A stretch of 64,000 nucleotides of DNA from Takakia lepidozioides (lineage: Eukaryota > Plantae > Bryophyta), in assembly GCA_030704615.1 (NCBI GenBank), contig CM060732.1:3162001-3226000 (forward strand), given 5' to 3'. A program made the translations under genes and the position numbers. Under the pieces are notes generated by a model. The model saw nothing but the letters and a program-made list of their open reading frames with translations. It was not told where the DNA came from and searched no databases. Shown piece by piece: positions 48,932-61,647 of the stretch. Within the stretch, counting starts at the first letter, position 1. Every line of letters starts with the position of its first letter.

Positions 48932-51722
48932 GAGACACACAGTCCGAGATCTCGTTGGGAGGGCATAAACCAGCAGATGGCAAGTGCGGGATTGCCAGAG
49001 CCCAATTTCAGGGATCATGGCAGACAACGCTCAGGCCAACTGGCAGCGGTGCGGCTTGTGTACGGTGAGGACCCCAATGTGTCCAATGGAGGGAAAGATA
49101 GAGCCTGTGGATTCCATTGGATGCAGAGTCTATCCCACACACTACCAAATTTGTTGCTAGCTCCTTCCAGGCTGAACACCGTGTCCTTTGTACGGCGTGG
49201 AGGATGCACCCCCTTTGATGACGCGGAGGTTAAGTTGTGCGTATCATCGAGGCTTGGTGGAACCATCAGGTGCAGTGGAGACAACAATCTGGGAGCATTG
49301 CACAGCTGGTTGGGGTGGTGGCATTTTCGGTATCGACAGTTCGGACAGTACATGCGGGAGGTAGGCTGCTGTCAATTTCGTTCATTTGTCTTTCTTTTAC
49401 GGAACATTTCGATTGGTCCCTCACCGTTGTTTGTGTCCTTCTAGGAGCGGTGCTTGGATTCCGACACGGACATGCCGAACACGAATATGGCAGAATCGGT
49501 CCACTCCTCCTGGCGAGCGTCTTCTGCCGCACATCTGGTGGACGTAGTGACGGCCACAACGGAGGACATCGACAGAGCAATCATGCAGCAAGCCACGTAC
49601 TACAAGTCCTGAGCGGCAAACAATGGGGCTTTGGGCCGGACAAGGAGGAATTGTTGGTACGAACAGCTTCGAGGTCCAAGAATCCAGTGAAATGGTCGAC
49701 AGCATTGCGAGAGAAGATCAAAGGGACGCCTCTGCAAACGCAGAGGTGAACACCTAGAGGGGGACGTCCGGACTCTGCCCGTGTGGACCCTGTCAGGCGG
49801 AGGATTGATGAGGAAAACCCGGGTGCGAAGAGGAATTCCTGGAGATCCGACAGGAACATTCGGACAGCACCTCGAGGTCCCGTCATGTTGCCGCACAATG
49901 TGTCTTCCAGCAGTGGAAGCCCAAGAAATTCCAGATCGCCGTCGCCTTCAACCGGGGATTTTGTGCAACAAATTCCCACCGCTCCATTGCCCCACATTCC
50001 GCCCCTGTTATGCAGTATGGCCAAGCCATTGTGGAGACGACTGTGTCTGCTCACAGTGGAGAATTGCTCGCACAAAGCCGTCGTTCGAGGAAGGTGTTCC
50101 GCAATTCGTGTGGATACACGGCAACGTTGTTTAGAGATGATAAGGAGGATCCAGATTGGGCTGTCCCTGCTCCTACTTTTACAGGAAGATTTGTCCATGC
50201 AAAGTTTGCGGAGGCGACAACCACCACCCAGTTCTGGTTCTGCAGGCACGACATTATGACTTCGTGTATGGAAAGCCCAAGACGGCATACAGACAATGCC
50301 AGAGGCTCCCCCGGTGTGGCCGGTGGAACCAGGCAGCGATCTGAGTCAGGTTGAGGCCGACGCCCTTACCGCCGCAGGATTTCGGATGGTGCCACGCACT
50401 GACGTGCCCCGACAACCATTTCCGCTCCACAGCCTCCCCCACCGACCCCTGGAGAGCAAAACAATGGGACACGACAGCTCTAAGCATCCTACACACCGTT
50501 GGGGAAACCGAAGAGGCGGCGACCTCCCGCAAAAGTGAACGAGGACAAGGATGGGGAATGCACTTCGGATGCACTGTACAATCCAGAGCTCGCCAGAAGT
50601 GCCCCCACCATGATTCGCGTGTGTATCAGATGGCCACGGCGGGCTCAGCTGTTCGCAATGAGGTGTACACCATCACCATTTCAGAATTAACCACCTGCAA
50701 TTGCACCGACTTTCCAGATCATGGCGAACAAGGGGGCATCAACTGCCCTTGCAGCATTTGTACTACGTGTACCTAAAGAGACTCCGTTGTAATTCACCAC
50801 TCATCACTTCATACATGCACCAGGGTTGAGCCCCCAGGAGGTTCACACTCTTCTGAATATGGATCCAGGGGACCAGTGAGCTTGGCCTTGCGGTCCAACA
50901 TACAATGGGTACGCCCCATCGGATAGTAGAACTGTACTGCTGCCAGTACCTCAGACTCTGGCCACCCAAAGGTCCGACATATTTCTGCCTACCAGTAACC
51001 TGTTTTGATCGAACTAAGATATTACTATATCGTTCACTTGTTTCCACGTGCATGTATTTTTGTATGTTGGAGGGTTCATGTTTTCTGCTTTTCCGAAAAC
51101 TTGCTCTCCTCATTCGACCTCCGACAAGGAAATGCGGCGCCGAATTCCCAGTATCGTCGTAGGTACCCCCAGAGGCGGCCTTCGCCAACACCAAACCGCT
51201 CCGAAATTTCGCACGTGCGAACCCTAATGCGGCCCCTATTTCCCAGTTCAGTTGCAACCTTTCCCGCCGAATACCCGAAGAAGACAGAATTGTGAAGTAC
51301 TGCAGACTGTATTGGTGCAGACTCCTTGGTTCAATCGCGGCAAAAGGGTCAGCTTCATTCCAATGTTAAGGCATGTAAAACCGCGGAATACTCTATACAG
51401 GCCAGTATGCGACGTCCTTTTGCAGTGGTATACTGGATTTCCCGTTGCACGGTCACTTATTTCCATGAGCGGATCATAAAACCATGAGCGGACTTGTTAC
51501 TGACGACATATCTTCGCCGCATTACATGATCTGGAACGTCCAAAAACGGCAAGGTCAATAAAAAAACTTTATTTTAATACTTGTTTAATCTGCCGCATTT
51601 CCAAATTGTGGAGGAGTCCGCTCATGAAATCCGCGTATCTTAGACTTCGGCTCACCGCTCATGCGGCTCATGCGGCTCATGGCTCATGGCTCATGGTTTC
51701 TGCTCATGAAATAGTAAACCTC
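48932..51722 (+). mobile_element. MULE subfamily-A copy: 3' half of transposase (48932-50878, many indels) and left terminus
   Basis: Reverse complement of 4928-7720. Ends GCTCATGAAATAGTAAACCTC. Confidence 0.9.
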
Positions 51723-52349
51723 CTATAGACAATGTCTATAGTAGGATGCAGAGTTAAAAGGATGGTAGACGGACTCCAGACTCAAGTGGAAGACCTTCAC
51801 TTCAAACATCGACCAAAGAGTCTATATCCTCAGGAACAGCTAATGGCTTCTTATTTGCAATCCAGAACTTCTGGCTTTTCAGTCTTCACAGGAGGTGCAG
51901 GAGATGCCAATGGTACAAGGATCCAGTACCACCACCACCACAACAGGTCAGTGTACCAGTAGCTGAACCTTGTTTACTACAACCACACCACAGCCACCAC
52001 AGCCGGAGGTATGGGGCAATGCAGCTTTTAACCCACCTAAACTACTCCAGCTGCCAGGGAGTAGTACAGTAGGGCTATGATTATGCCCTTCAACCAAATT
52101 CCCATCATGTTGGATTTGGCTTGGAAAGAATTTAGTCCTCCGCAGTCATTCGCACATTACTACCAAATCATGCGTATTTGGCTGCCAGTGGCAACCAGGA
52201 CTAAAGTTCTTCCAAACAATCGACATATTGAAGATCATCACTTTGCACAATACTGGCACGAGGCAGGTACCATGTTGAGGGAATTGGTTGCTTTCTAGGT
52301 TGTACATGGACTCATTTATACCAAGACCAAGGAAATAGCAAGTATTGTC

Positions 52350-53078
52350 ATGGGGTGCGGGCTATACTACGCTGCTTGTTTTCTGATACGTTACCACATT
52401 GAGCAACAAAAGATGCAAGCACGCTTTCAAAGTTACTCCAGTGGAGATCATTGGGTATTACCTTCGGTGCCACCTCATATGTACCTATATGACCCAAAAG
52501 TTATGATACAGAAGGATTCTCAAATTCGTTCATGGTTTCAAGCAGCCTGCAACAATTTGTCAACACAGAAATTCGGACTTGATGACATTTTCTATAAGGG
52601 ACATATCGCATGGAAATACTTGCACGCTGCACCAGTAATTGGTACCCCACTCATTTGGACAGACAAGGAGCTCAGTGTCTACACCAATTTTGCTGTTCAA
52701 CGGTTACACCAGGTCGTAAAATGCAAACTTCCAGACATGGTAGGACAGCATTGTATGCCCAAGATGATTCCACAAAAAGTTCGAAAATTAAAACACCTGA
52801 GAGGCGATGAGGATTCTGATACAACTGTTTCTTCACAGAATTCTTTTGACATGGGAGAAGACTATGCAATTCAGATGGAAGAGAAGAAACAAAGGGGATC
52901 TCCTATGCCGGAAATATTACCTCGATATCAGCCTCCAGAAGGCCTCACTTATCCACGTAGTGATCAACCATCTCCATCAACCAGAGACAGACTTCGGGCT
53001 CGTACACACAGCCCACCACGAAACTCTCAACGTCAACAAGGTGCTCACTCACAAAGGTTTGCTACTCGGAAACAGTAA
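52350..53078 (+). CDS. Uncharacterised ORF in the 3' internal region of Gypsy family 2
   Basis: 242-aa ORF ending just before the polypurine tract. No recognised domain. Confidence 0.35.
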   Translation: MGCGLYYAACFLIRYHIEQQKMQARFQSYSSGDHWVLPSVPPHMYLYDPKVMIQKDSQIRSWFQAACNNLSTQKFGLDDIFYKGHIAWKYLHAAPVIGTPLIWTDKELSVYTNFAVQRLHQVVKCKLPDMVGQHCMPKMIPQKVRKLKHLRGDEDSDTTVSSQNSFDMGEDYAIQMEEKKQRGSPMPEILPRYQPPEGLTYPRSDQPSPSTRDRLRARTHSPPRNSQRQQGAHSQRFATRKQ

Positions 53079-53116
53079 ACCGTGAGGACACGGCTTTTTG
53101 AGGGGGGAAGGGGTAA

Positions 53117-54217
53117 TGTTAGAGGACTGTAGGGGACTTAGACACTTATACGGGATCTGTAGGGTACCCTTAATTTTTGCACAGACTGAGACAAACAGGA
53201 ACCTTAGGGGTGACAGCAGCGCACTGTAGAGGGGGTTACATAGCCCACACAGCCGACACAGCAGTCACAGCCCACACAGCCGTCACAGCCCACACAGCCA
53301 ACACAGCCCGTCACAGTCGTCACAGCCCACACAGCCCACACAGCAGTCACAGCCCACACAGCCAACACAGCCCGTCACAGTCGTCACAGCCCACACAGCC
53401 AACACAGCCCGTCACAGTCGTCACAGCCCACACAGCCGTCACAGTCGTCACAGCCCACACAGCCCACACAGCCCGTCACAGTCGTCACAGCAGACACAGC
53501 CCACACAGCCAGTCACAGCCCGGCACAGCCACACAGCCAGTCACAGCCCGACACAGCCAAACACAGCCAGTCACCGCTTGACACAGCTGTCACGATAATA
53601 GGGAACGAAGAGTAGGACAGGGAACGACTGTGGGGAACAACACCAGTGAAGGGAACATGTTAGTTCACATACGACGGTTAGAGAGGGAAACGGTTAGAAC
53701 CGCGGATAGGAGGATAAAGGGAAGAACGGGGAATGATGAAGGGATCATTATTATCATTATTCGGGGAGGACTTCGGAGTCAGGCGGGAGCGGAAGTCGGT
53801 GAGCACGATGAAGGAGGAAAGAGGATTAGTAGATGCTTGTTATATGCAAAGCTGTAGGGATATTGTAGAGGAGAATAGAGACACAATGGCTTCGGCCTGA
53901 TACCTGATAAATCATAATCTGATACTTATACGATACAATCACACTATGTAGAGAGATCTGAGTGAAGCTGTGGATTGAATGGAGGAGTGAAGGAAACCGA
54001 TAAATTGATGAAGCAAACTGATACTTAATTATCAATGGTAAGGTAGCTAAGATGAATGCGGAAAAGGAAACAAATAGGAAACACCCCCATGATACACTAG
54101 CTGTAGGTCATGACTGATTGTTCTGCGCGGGCTGAGTACTTAGAGATTTCCAACTCTTCTATCTTGGAGTTTCCGCCTCGGATAGCGAAGGGATGGGTGA
54201 GTAAAAGCCGCGCGACA
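53117..54217 (+). mobile_element. Gypsy family-2 3' LTR
   Basis: PPT GAGGGGGGAAGGGG just upstream; TGTTAGAG...GCGACA; internal ACAGCC-type simple repeat at 53240-53590. Confidence 0.85.
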
Positions 54218-54719
54218 GTACCCTTGTCCTTTACCCCCTCAACCTCTGTCACAGTTTTTGGCAGCAGGGATTTCCTTGGGCAGACTCTGCATCTTTGGTA
54301 CCATGGGGTCTCCGACCATACCAGAGTTTTCATAGAGAAGATTGCCCTTCTCAATTTCTGCCACTACTTGCTCTATAGTGGGGATGTCCAATCCCTCCCT
54401 CTCCACAGTAAGAGGCTCCGGTGTTACCATTGGGGCAACCTAGTCAGCTTGCTGTGCTGGCCGTGGTACTGAAGTGATTTCTTCCTCCCTTCGGGCTTCC
54501 AGCAATAGCAGCCCATTGTGCTGCTGCACCCCATCCTGTGCAGGAGCTATGGAAACATCGTCGCGAGGGTTCCTTGTGACAAGTGGATCCGCCATTACAG
54601 TTGCGTCCCTCTTCTGTCTCTTGGACTGGTGCTGCCTCTCTAATCCTCCTTCACCTTGTGAAGAGCCTTGCTCCTCAACTGCAGTTGTGGCTGCCTCAAA
54701 CACCCCCATTACTTTGCAT

Positions 54720-57700
54720 TCTTGCGCATCATATAGGATGCAAAGCCATCTTCCCAGATCTTTGCAAGGGTCCTAGCCTCTGGCACTCATCGCAGCTCTT
54801 ACAATACTTGTGTACATCTCTAAACAAGGTAGGCCACCAGTTGTCGAGCGGCTTTTACTCACCCATCCCTTCGCTATCCGAGGTGGAAACTCCAAGATAG
54901 AAGAGTTGGATATCTCTAAGCACTCAGCCCGCTCAGTACAATCAGTCATGACCTGCAGCTAGTGAATCATGGTTGTGCTTCCCCTTTGTATTCCTTCTTG
55001 CCTTCATGTTAACAATTTACCTTATCTGATACTGAAGCATCAGTTTGCTTCAGTATCTTCTTAGTTCCAGTTAATCATGCATTCATTTCACAGCTTCATT
55101 CATGTCTCTCTACACAGTGTGCTTGTATCGAATAAGTATCAGATTACAATTTATCAGGTACTAGGCCAATGTCAAGTGACTCTAATCCACCCTACAGTAT
55201 CACTACAGCTCTGCATGAATTAAAGCATCTATTGTTCATCTCTCCTCCTACTCCGTGCTCTCGTTCTTGCTCTCCGTCTGATCGCCTCTCCTCCATGACC
55301 CTCAAGCGCTCCCCCGTGAAGTGTCCTTCTTTTCGTTGCCGCTCTCCTTATCTGCCCCCCAAGCTGTTCTAACCACCTAACTAATTAACCGTTATCCCCG
55401 AAGTATCACGTTCCTTCTGTAGATGTCGTTCCCTCACAGTCGTTCCCTGCCATTGATAACTGTTCCCCATGTACTGTGACAGGCTGTGTCAAGCTGTGCC
55501 GAGCTGTGACTGGCTGTGTCAGCTGTGGCAGGCTGTGTCGGGCTGTGTTGGCTGTGACTGGCTGTGCGAAGCTGTGGCGGGCTGTGTCTGGCTGTGTCGG
55601 GCTGCATCAGCTGTGATTGGCTGTGACAGACTGTGTCGGGCTGTGTCTGGCTGTGACGGGCTGTGTCGGGCTGTGTAACCCCCCCCTAAAGTGCGCTGCT
55701 GTCACCCCTAAGGCTCATGTTGGTCTTAGTCTGCGCAAAAATTAAGGGTACCCCACAGAACCCGTAAAAGCGTCTAAGTCCCAAGCAGCCCTCTAACACC
55801 AGTAACCTGCAAGTAATATTTTCCTACTGGTAGTCTCTTCTCCAAAATGGCCTCCAACCACTCCCTTATGAACTTCTTCCAAAACTTTATTTACCTCATG
55901 GTGGTACAAGCATCGTTTAAGAACTCCATCAGGTCCTAACTTATACAAACTTCCTCCTATCATAGTGTATGGTAATGCCTTGATAGCTATTTTTTTCCTC
56001 TGCTCCTTCCCATAACTGGGTGGGCACTGTCCATGAGTCAAATAATATCTGATTGGCCACTGCCAATCCATCCAGTCATCTGCTCCCTATACTTCTACTG
56101 CAAATAAACCTGCATCAGGCAGTTGATCGTCTACTCCTGTGGTGGGCTCTCCTGTTGAAAGGCGTGACAAATGATCTGCCACAAGATGCAAACGTCCAGG
56201 TTTGTAAACAACTTCGAATTCAAACTCATGCAGTATAATCAGCCATCTTGCTATCCTTCCACTTATCAAAGGCTTGTTCACCAAATAAATCAGAGCTTGA
56301 TGATCCACATAGAACATAAACTTCCTTCACAGCAAATAATGCCTAAACTTCTTGACTGAATATTCCATTGTCAAAGCTTCTCTTTCGGTGGTGCTATAGT
56401 TCCTTTCAGCACTGTTCAACAGTCTGCCAGCATAATACACAAGTGAATCTATGTTTCCTGTAACATTTTGGGCTAACACAGCCCCCAGTGCTTCTCCTGA
56501 GGCATCACAGTGTACATGAAATACCATATGCCAATGAGGGTTAATCAGCACAGGTGTAGTTGTTACTGACAATGTAAGTTCCTCAAAGGCCTGTTGACAT
56601 TCAGCTGTCCATCCAAACACTGCATCCTTCTTCAAGAGTTTGCTCAATGGTGCTACCTTCTGTGCATATCGTCTGACAAACCTTCTGTAATAACTGGTTT
56701 GTCCAAGGAACCTCCTTAGAGCCTTAACATTACTTGGTGGTGGTGAGGCTTTAATAGCCTCTGTCTTTCTAGGATCTACAAGCAGTCTTTTTTTACACAC
56801 AATGTGTCCCAAAAGAACTCCTGAGTTCACACAGAAAGTACATTTTTCTAGATTCAGCCCAAGACCTCTCATCCTGCATCTGACCAAACAGAACTCCAAC
56901 TTCTGCAAGTGCTCATTCTTAGAGCTATACACACTGAAATCATTTAAAAACACTTGCATGAAATCATCCAAGTACTCATGGAAAGATTCACTTATCACTC
57001 TATGGAAAGTTGCTAGTGCATTACAAAGTCCAAAAAGGCATGACTTTGTATGCATAAGCACCCCAGTCAGTAATGAAAGCTGTCTTTCCCTGATCCTCTT
57101 CAGCTACTTGTACTTGGTACCCACTGAAGCCATCCATGAATGAGTACATCTCATGGCCTGCCACAGTGTCCAGTACAGCTTCTGTGAATGGCAAAGGAAA
57201 TGGATCTTTCTTTGTACAATCATTCAACTTCTTATAGTTCACACAAACTCTCAGTTTGCCATTCTTCTTGGGAACTATCACGATGGGTGATAGCCAAGTT
57301 GTATACTATATCAGGTATATTAACTTAGCCTCAGCCAGCTTCTTTATCTCCTCTCCAACCTTCTGTGCATAGTTGGGATTCATCCTGTATCTTGCCTGTT
57401 TGATTGGTACAGAACTTGGTTCCAACTCAATCTTGTGCTGGCATATTTCAGGGGGTATCCCCTTCAGGTCTTCATAGCTCCAGGCAAATACATCTTTGTA
57501 TTTGATAAATAAGCTCTTAGTCTCCTCAAAGAATTCAGGCTCCAAGTCAGCCCCAACTTTCACCATTCTTGGTTTCTTCTTAGTTCCCACATTCATTTCT
57601 CTCACCTGCTCTTCAGCTGTGATTGTCCATCCAACCACTACTTCATCCTGTAAACTCACAGTGGCTGGTTCCTCTAGGATTTCTATTTCTCCCTCTTTTT

Positions 57701-60367
57701 CTTCATAGAAATGTGGTGGGTAATTGCTTGTTTCCCCCTCAATTGGTGTTGTTGTTACTGCACCACAACATATACCCTTGAAACAACTTAGTCCTCCCAG
57801 TTGCATTTCTGCAACCTGCTCCCACTCTGGGTGTGCAGCAAACAGAGTAGCCTCATGCTCTTCATCAAGTCCTCCCCTCCAATCATACTCTTTGACTCCT
57901 CGAGGTCTTCTGGTAGCAGGTAGCCTACTAGATTTCTTACTGGTGATCTGTATCTTGTGCTTCCCATCATGCACAGTCAGTAACTGGGAATTCTAGTCAT
58001 GGAATACCCTGGCCTGTTTCAGCCATGGTCGACCCAGCAATAAAGAGTAAGCTTCCATGACATCATCCATTTTCAACACAGTCACTGTGATCTCCGGGAT
58101 GGGGCGCATATTTCAGATGTCCACAACTGGGTTTGCTGCGTGCAATGACGTGTCCACAATTATGGTAAATCTTCTGAATCTGTGTCTTTACTCCTCTTAT
58201 CAAGCCCAATGGCTGTACACTCCTTTGATCTGCCATTGTTACTGTGAATGGGGCTGGTTCCATGTTACTCAGACCAAGCTTCTGCCTTAATTGGTCTGTC
58301 ATGATATTCACTCCCGAGCCTCCATCTATCAGTACATCAGTCAGGTCTGTGCTTCCAATTCTTAATTGGATTACTGGCATGGAATCATCAAAGTCCATGA
58401 CAGTTTCTAGCCCTTCAGGTTTCACATTATAACTTGTCACCTTGTTGTTCAGGTCTGTATTCTCTGTCACATGAGCAATCTGATTGATTGCTTGATACAG
58501 CCTATGTCTACAATGGGGTGCCACAGCCAATAGCCGCCCAATTGTAATCTCAGCTTTGGACTGGCATATTACTTCAGCCAAAGCCCCTTCATTGTCCTGC
58601 ACCTGTGAAGCCTCTTGTTTCACTTCATCTTCACCTTCTTCATCTTCTCTTTTAGAGTCAGAAGAATCTGCCATAGGGATATCAGTATCCTTCTGCATTT
58701 CCCTTATGGTATCAGCCACTTCCTTGTGTAGTTCCTTCTTATCTCTCCATGCCTCATCATCTTCAGGCACATCACTGCCATCTTCATTAACATCTTCTTC
58801 TTCCTCATCCACTAGAGGTAATAGTTTAGCTTTGCTTCTGGTAACTATCATTGTACTTACTTCTGGTACAAAACATGGCATAACCATGTGAGCTGCCACT
58901 ACTGGGCCTTCATTCACATGGACTCTCATCTCATTCTGGTGTCTGATCCAGAATGGACAGGCTGCTTTGCGATGTCCTGCCTGGTTACAATAGTAACAGG
59001 TTGGGAGTCCTGGTTGTAGTCTCAACCTCAACTGTTGGGTCTACTTCTTCATACTCTTCATCTTCCAAGTTCTTCTCTCTGTTTTCATCTTCCAAGTTCT
59101 TCTCTTGGATTTCTTCTTCCTCATTCATATAACTCAACTGAAGTGGTGTTGGAGAGTCTGAACTCTCCGTTGGCTCTGCCACATCTTCCTCTCCTTCTTT
59201 GGCTTGTGTTTCAGAAACTGGAGTTCCTGCTCTTGGTGTTCCATGCCAACTCTGATCAAAGATTTCTGTCAAATCTTTAACCCAAGGATGTACCTCAGAT
59301 CTTTAATCCCCTCGTGGCTGATCTTCTTCCTATACCAAATCCCTTAATTTTTGTTGTAAAGAATAAGAAGGAGTGGCATCCAAATCTGGTTCTTCCGGTA
59401 TGGGTGATGTACTCTATGGCCTTAATGGTGTGAGAGGTCCAGATGATTCCCCTATGTCTATTCCTCTCTCCCAGAGATATGGATAATTAGCTTTCAAATA
59501 ACTTTCTTTTTTTGCTGAATATCTGTGAAGTCTAGCTTCCCTTTCATCACTCATGTCCCATGTCTTTCATATCTTTAATGAGGCAATAACCAAAACTCTC
59601 TCCTGTAGTATCTCTCATATATGCCTGGATTTCCTTCAAGCTTTAATGCACCCTTGGCTATACTAGAAGGCTCCGTTACCATATGGAAGACAAGTTTGAA
59701 AGGCCGTTCTTGGTGTAAGCTTGATCCACAGGATATCCTTGGGTACCCAGTTCTTTACCAGTGTAAATTCTTCATGCATGTGAGTGTAAACATTCACCTT
59801 CCGTTCCTCCCAGCTTTCAAACTCCACTCGTTTAATGGATAGCAATGCTATCACATAAACCAGTGTTGGTAACCAACTTGCCCTCCCTCTACAAGCCACT
59901 TGATAAATCTTTATCACTCCTTTCTCTAGACCCCACTCTGGATCAACATCATGCACTATCTTAAGAATGTTTTCATTGCAACCGTCTGGCAATTCCAAGA
60001 ACCTCTGAAAGAATTGTTTGGACAATCTTTCTTTCTCAATTTCACAGGAAATTTGATTCACATCAAATTCCTTGATTCTCCATCCACCATGATCCCACCA
60101 GATGCCTGTCACATCTAGTTGTTCTTGACTCAGTTCCCCAGTATGGTCGCCAAATGTCGAGTGGCTTTTACTCACCCATCCCTTCGCTATCCGAGGTGGA
60201 AACTCCAAGATAGAAGAGTTGGATATCTCTAAGTACTCCTCGCGCTCGGAACAATCAGTCATGACCTACAACTAGTGTATCATGGGGGTGCTTTCCTATT
60301 TGTATTCCTTCCCGCATTCATGTTAGCAAGTTACCTTACTGTCTATGATTAAGTATCAGATTGCTTC
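54720..60367 (-). mobile_element. Degenerate Ty3/Gypsy element, family 2: partial 5' LTR (60367-60155), PBS, extra ORF, gag knuckle, PR, RT, RNase H, integrase HHCC
   Basis: VLIDGGSGVNIM; FMDGFSGY; FMQVFLNDF; HCDASGEALGAVLAQ; YSTTERE; VHKGVVGGHFG..YW|WPTLFRDVHKYCKSCDECQR. RT-RH-INT order. Confidence 0.9.
54842..55798 (-). mobile_element. Solo LTR of family 2 with 5-bp TSD CCAGT
   Basis: CCAGT at 54837-54841 and 55799-55803. The integrase frame resumes across it. Confidence 0.9.
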
Positions 60368-60720
60368 TGCAATCTACCATGTTCCATCTACTTTGCGGAT
60401 TGTTTCGTGGAAGGCGGCAGGATACAAGGCGCATTTGGCGGGCAAATGAAGTCCCCAACAATCTTGTATATGATGTTGTCCGATGGTGGAACTCGCCATT
60501 CCCTGCCATCGCCAAAATCATCATGGAGCACAACAATACTTTCGACTACAACTCCATTTGAATCCTTCATTTCCTCCTCCAGGAATACTGACCCTGGTTT
60601 CAGGTGGTATCGAACGCATAGATATTTCTCCATCACCCGACAGATCTCCCCTCTGCATGGAAATGTAGCTCTATGCTCGTGTGGAGGGCAGTACACTATA
60701 GCGCTCGAGTTTTCTGCCAT
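60368..60720 (-). pseudogene. N-terminus of the subfamily-C transposase
   Basis: MAENSSAIVYCPP..CRVMEKYLCVRYHLKPGSVFLEEE..EWRVPPSDNIIY aligns with 9378-9100. Confidence 0.8.
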
Positions 60721-61647
60721 GGGAGATGTGCACACAAGACTGCCAGGACGGCGTTCGGGCAAGCGCCCTGGGAGAAGGGGGGATGCAGCGAGGGAAAGGA
60801 ATGCAGGGCCGATCTTTCCGAGCGACGAAGCCTATTAACAAATCCGGGGAGCCCACTCTCCCAAAAATCCACTGTCAGAGTGTTAATGAACCTTGTCTCC
60901 GGAATGCGGCCCCTGGCCTTTGCACAATAACTGCCAACGGTATGCAGTCACAAGACTACAGACCTGTGCAGGTGCGTTGCGCAAACCAATAATTGCGGCG
61001 TCTGACGAGAACGCTGAGACTGCCTCCCTGTGTCCAAAATGCTATCCACTGTGAGGTGTGTTGGCTGTTGCACCCCATCAAATGCATGCTTGAGCAGTGC
61101 GGGTGGCATCAAGTTAGTCCACCATAGCTGTGGACAATAAGCCCGTGACCCCACTGCAGCTGCATCCAGCAACACTGGGGATGCTTGCGCGTGAGCCTGG
61201 TTGCGTGAGCCACTGAGCCTGGCTAGGCTCACGCCACGTCAGCAATCATCCACGTGTGCAGGCCCTAATTCCGTGCTCCCCCCCCCCCCCTATTACCACG
61301 GATCGAATGTCGCCTGTGTCCTTATTTTTTGATCCCTCTTCATCGCCCCCACATGAATATTCTTTCCGACCGAGAACAATGGTAGGTTTGTGGATGGTTT
61401 AGGATTGAGGACATGATTTTTTAATGAGGAGATCGCTCGCTAGAGAATTTAATATTAACAGCAAACCCCTTCTTTTGCAAAGTAGTTCATTCATTCCAAC
61501 CCACAAACATTTTTCAATGCCGGAATCTCAAGACCTACCCCAGGCAATCCCTAATTGTACTTACGGGAACGCGCGAAGAACTTGAAAAATAGTTTGGGGA
61601 TGGAAGCAAAATCAAAACACATTTTATTAAGTCTCGGTACTTGAACC

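Noticed and set aside
48348-49027. ORFs spanning X runs
   Set aside because: Artefacts of the N gap.
4426-51722. One giant element from the right end at 4426 to the left end at 51722
   Set aside because: The flanks (GGTGAGGG vs CTATAGAC) do not form a TSD.
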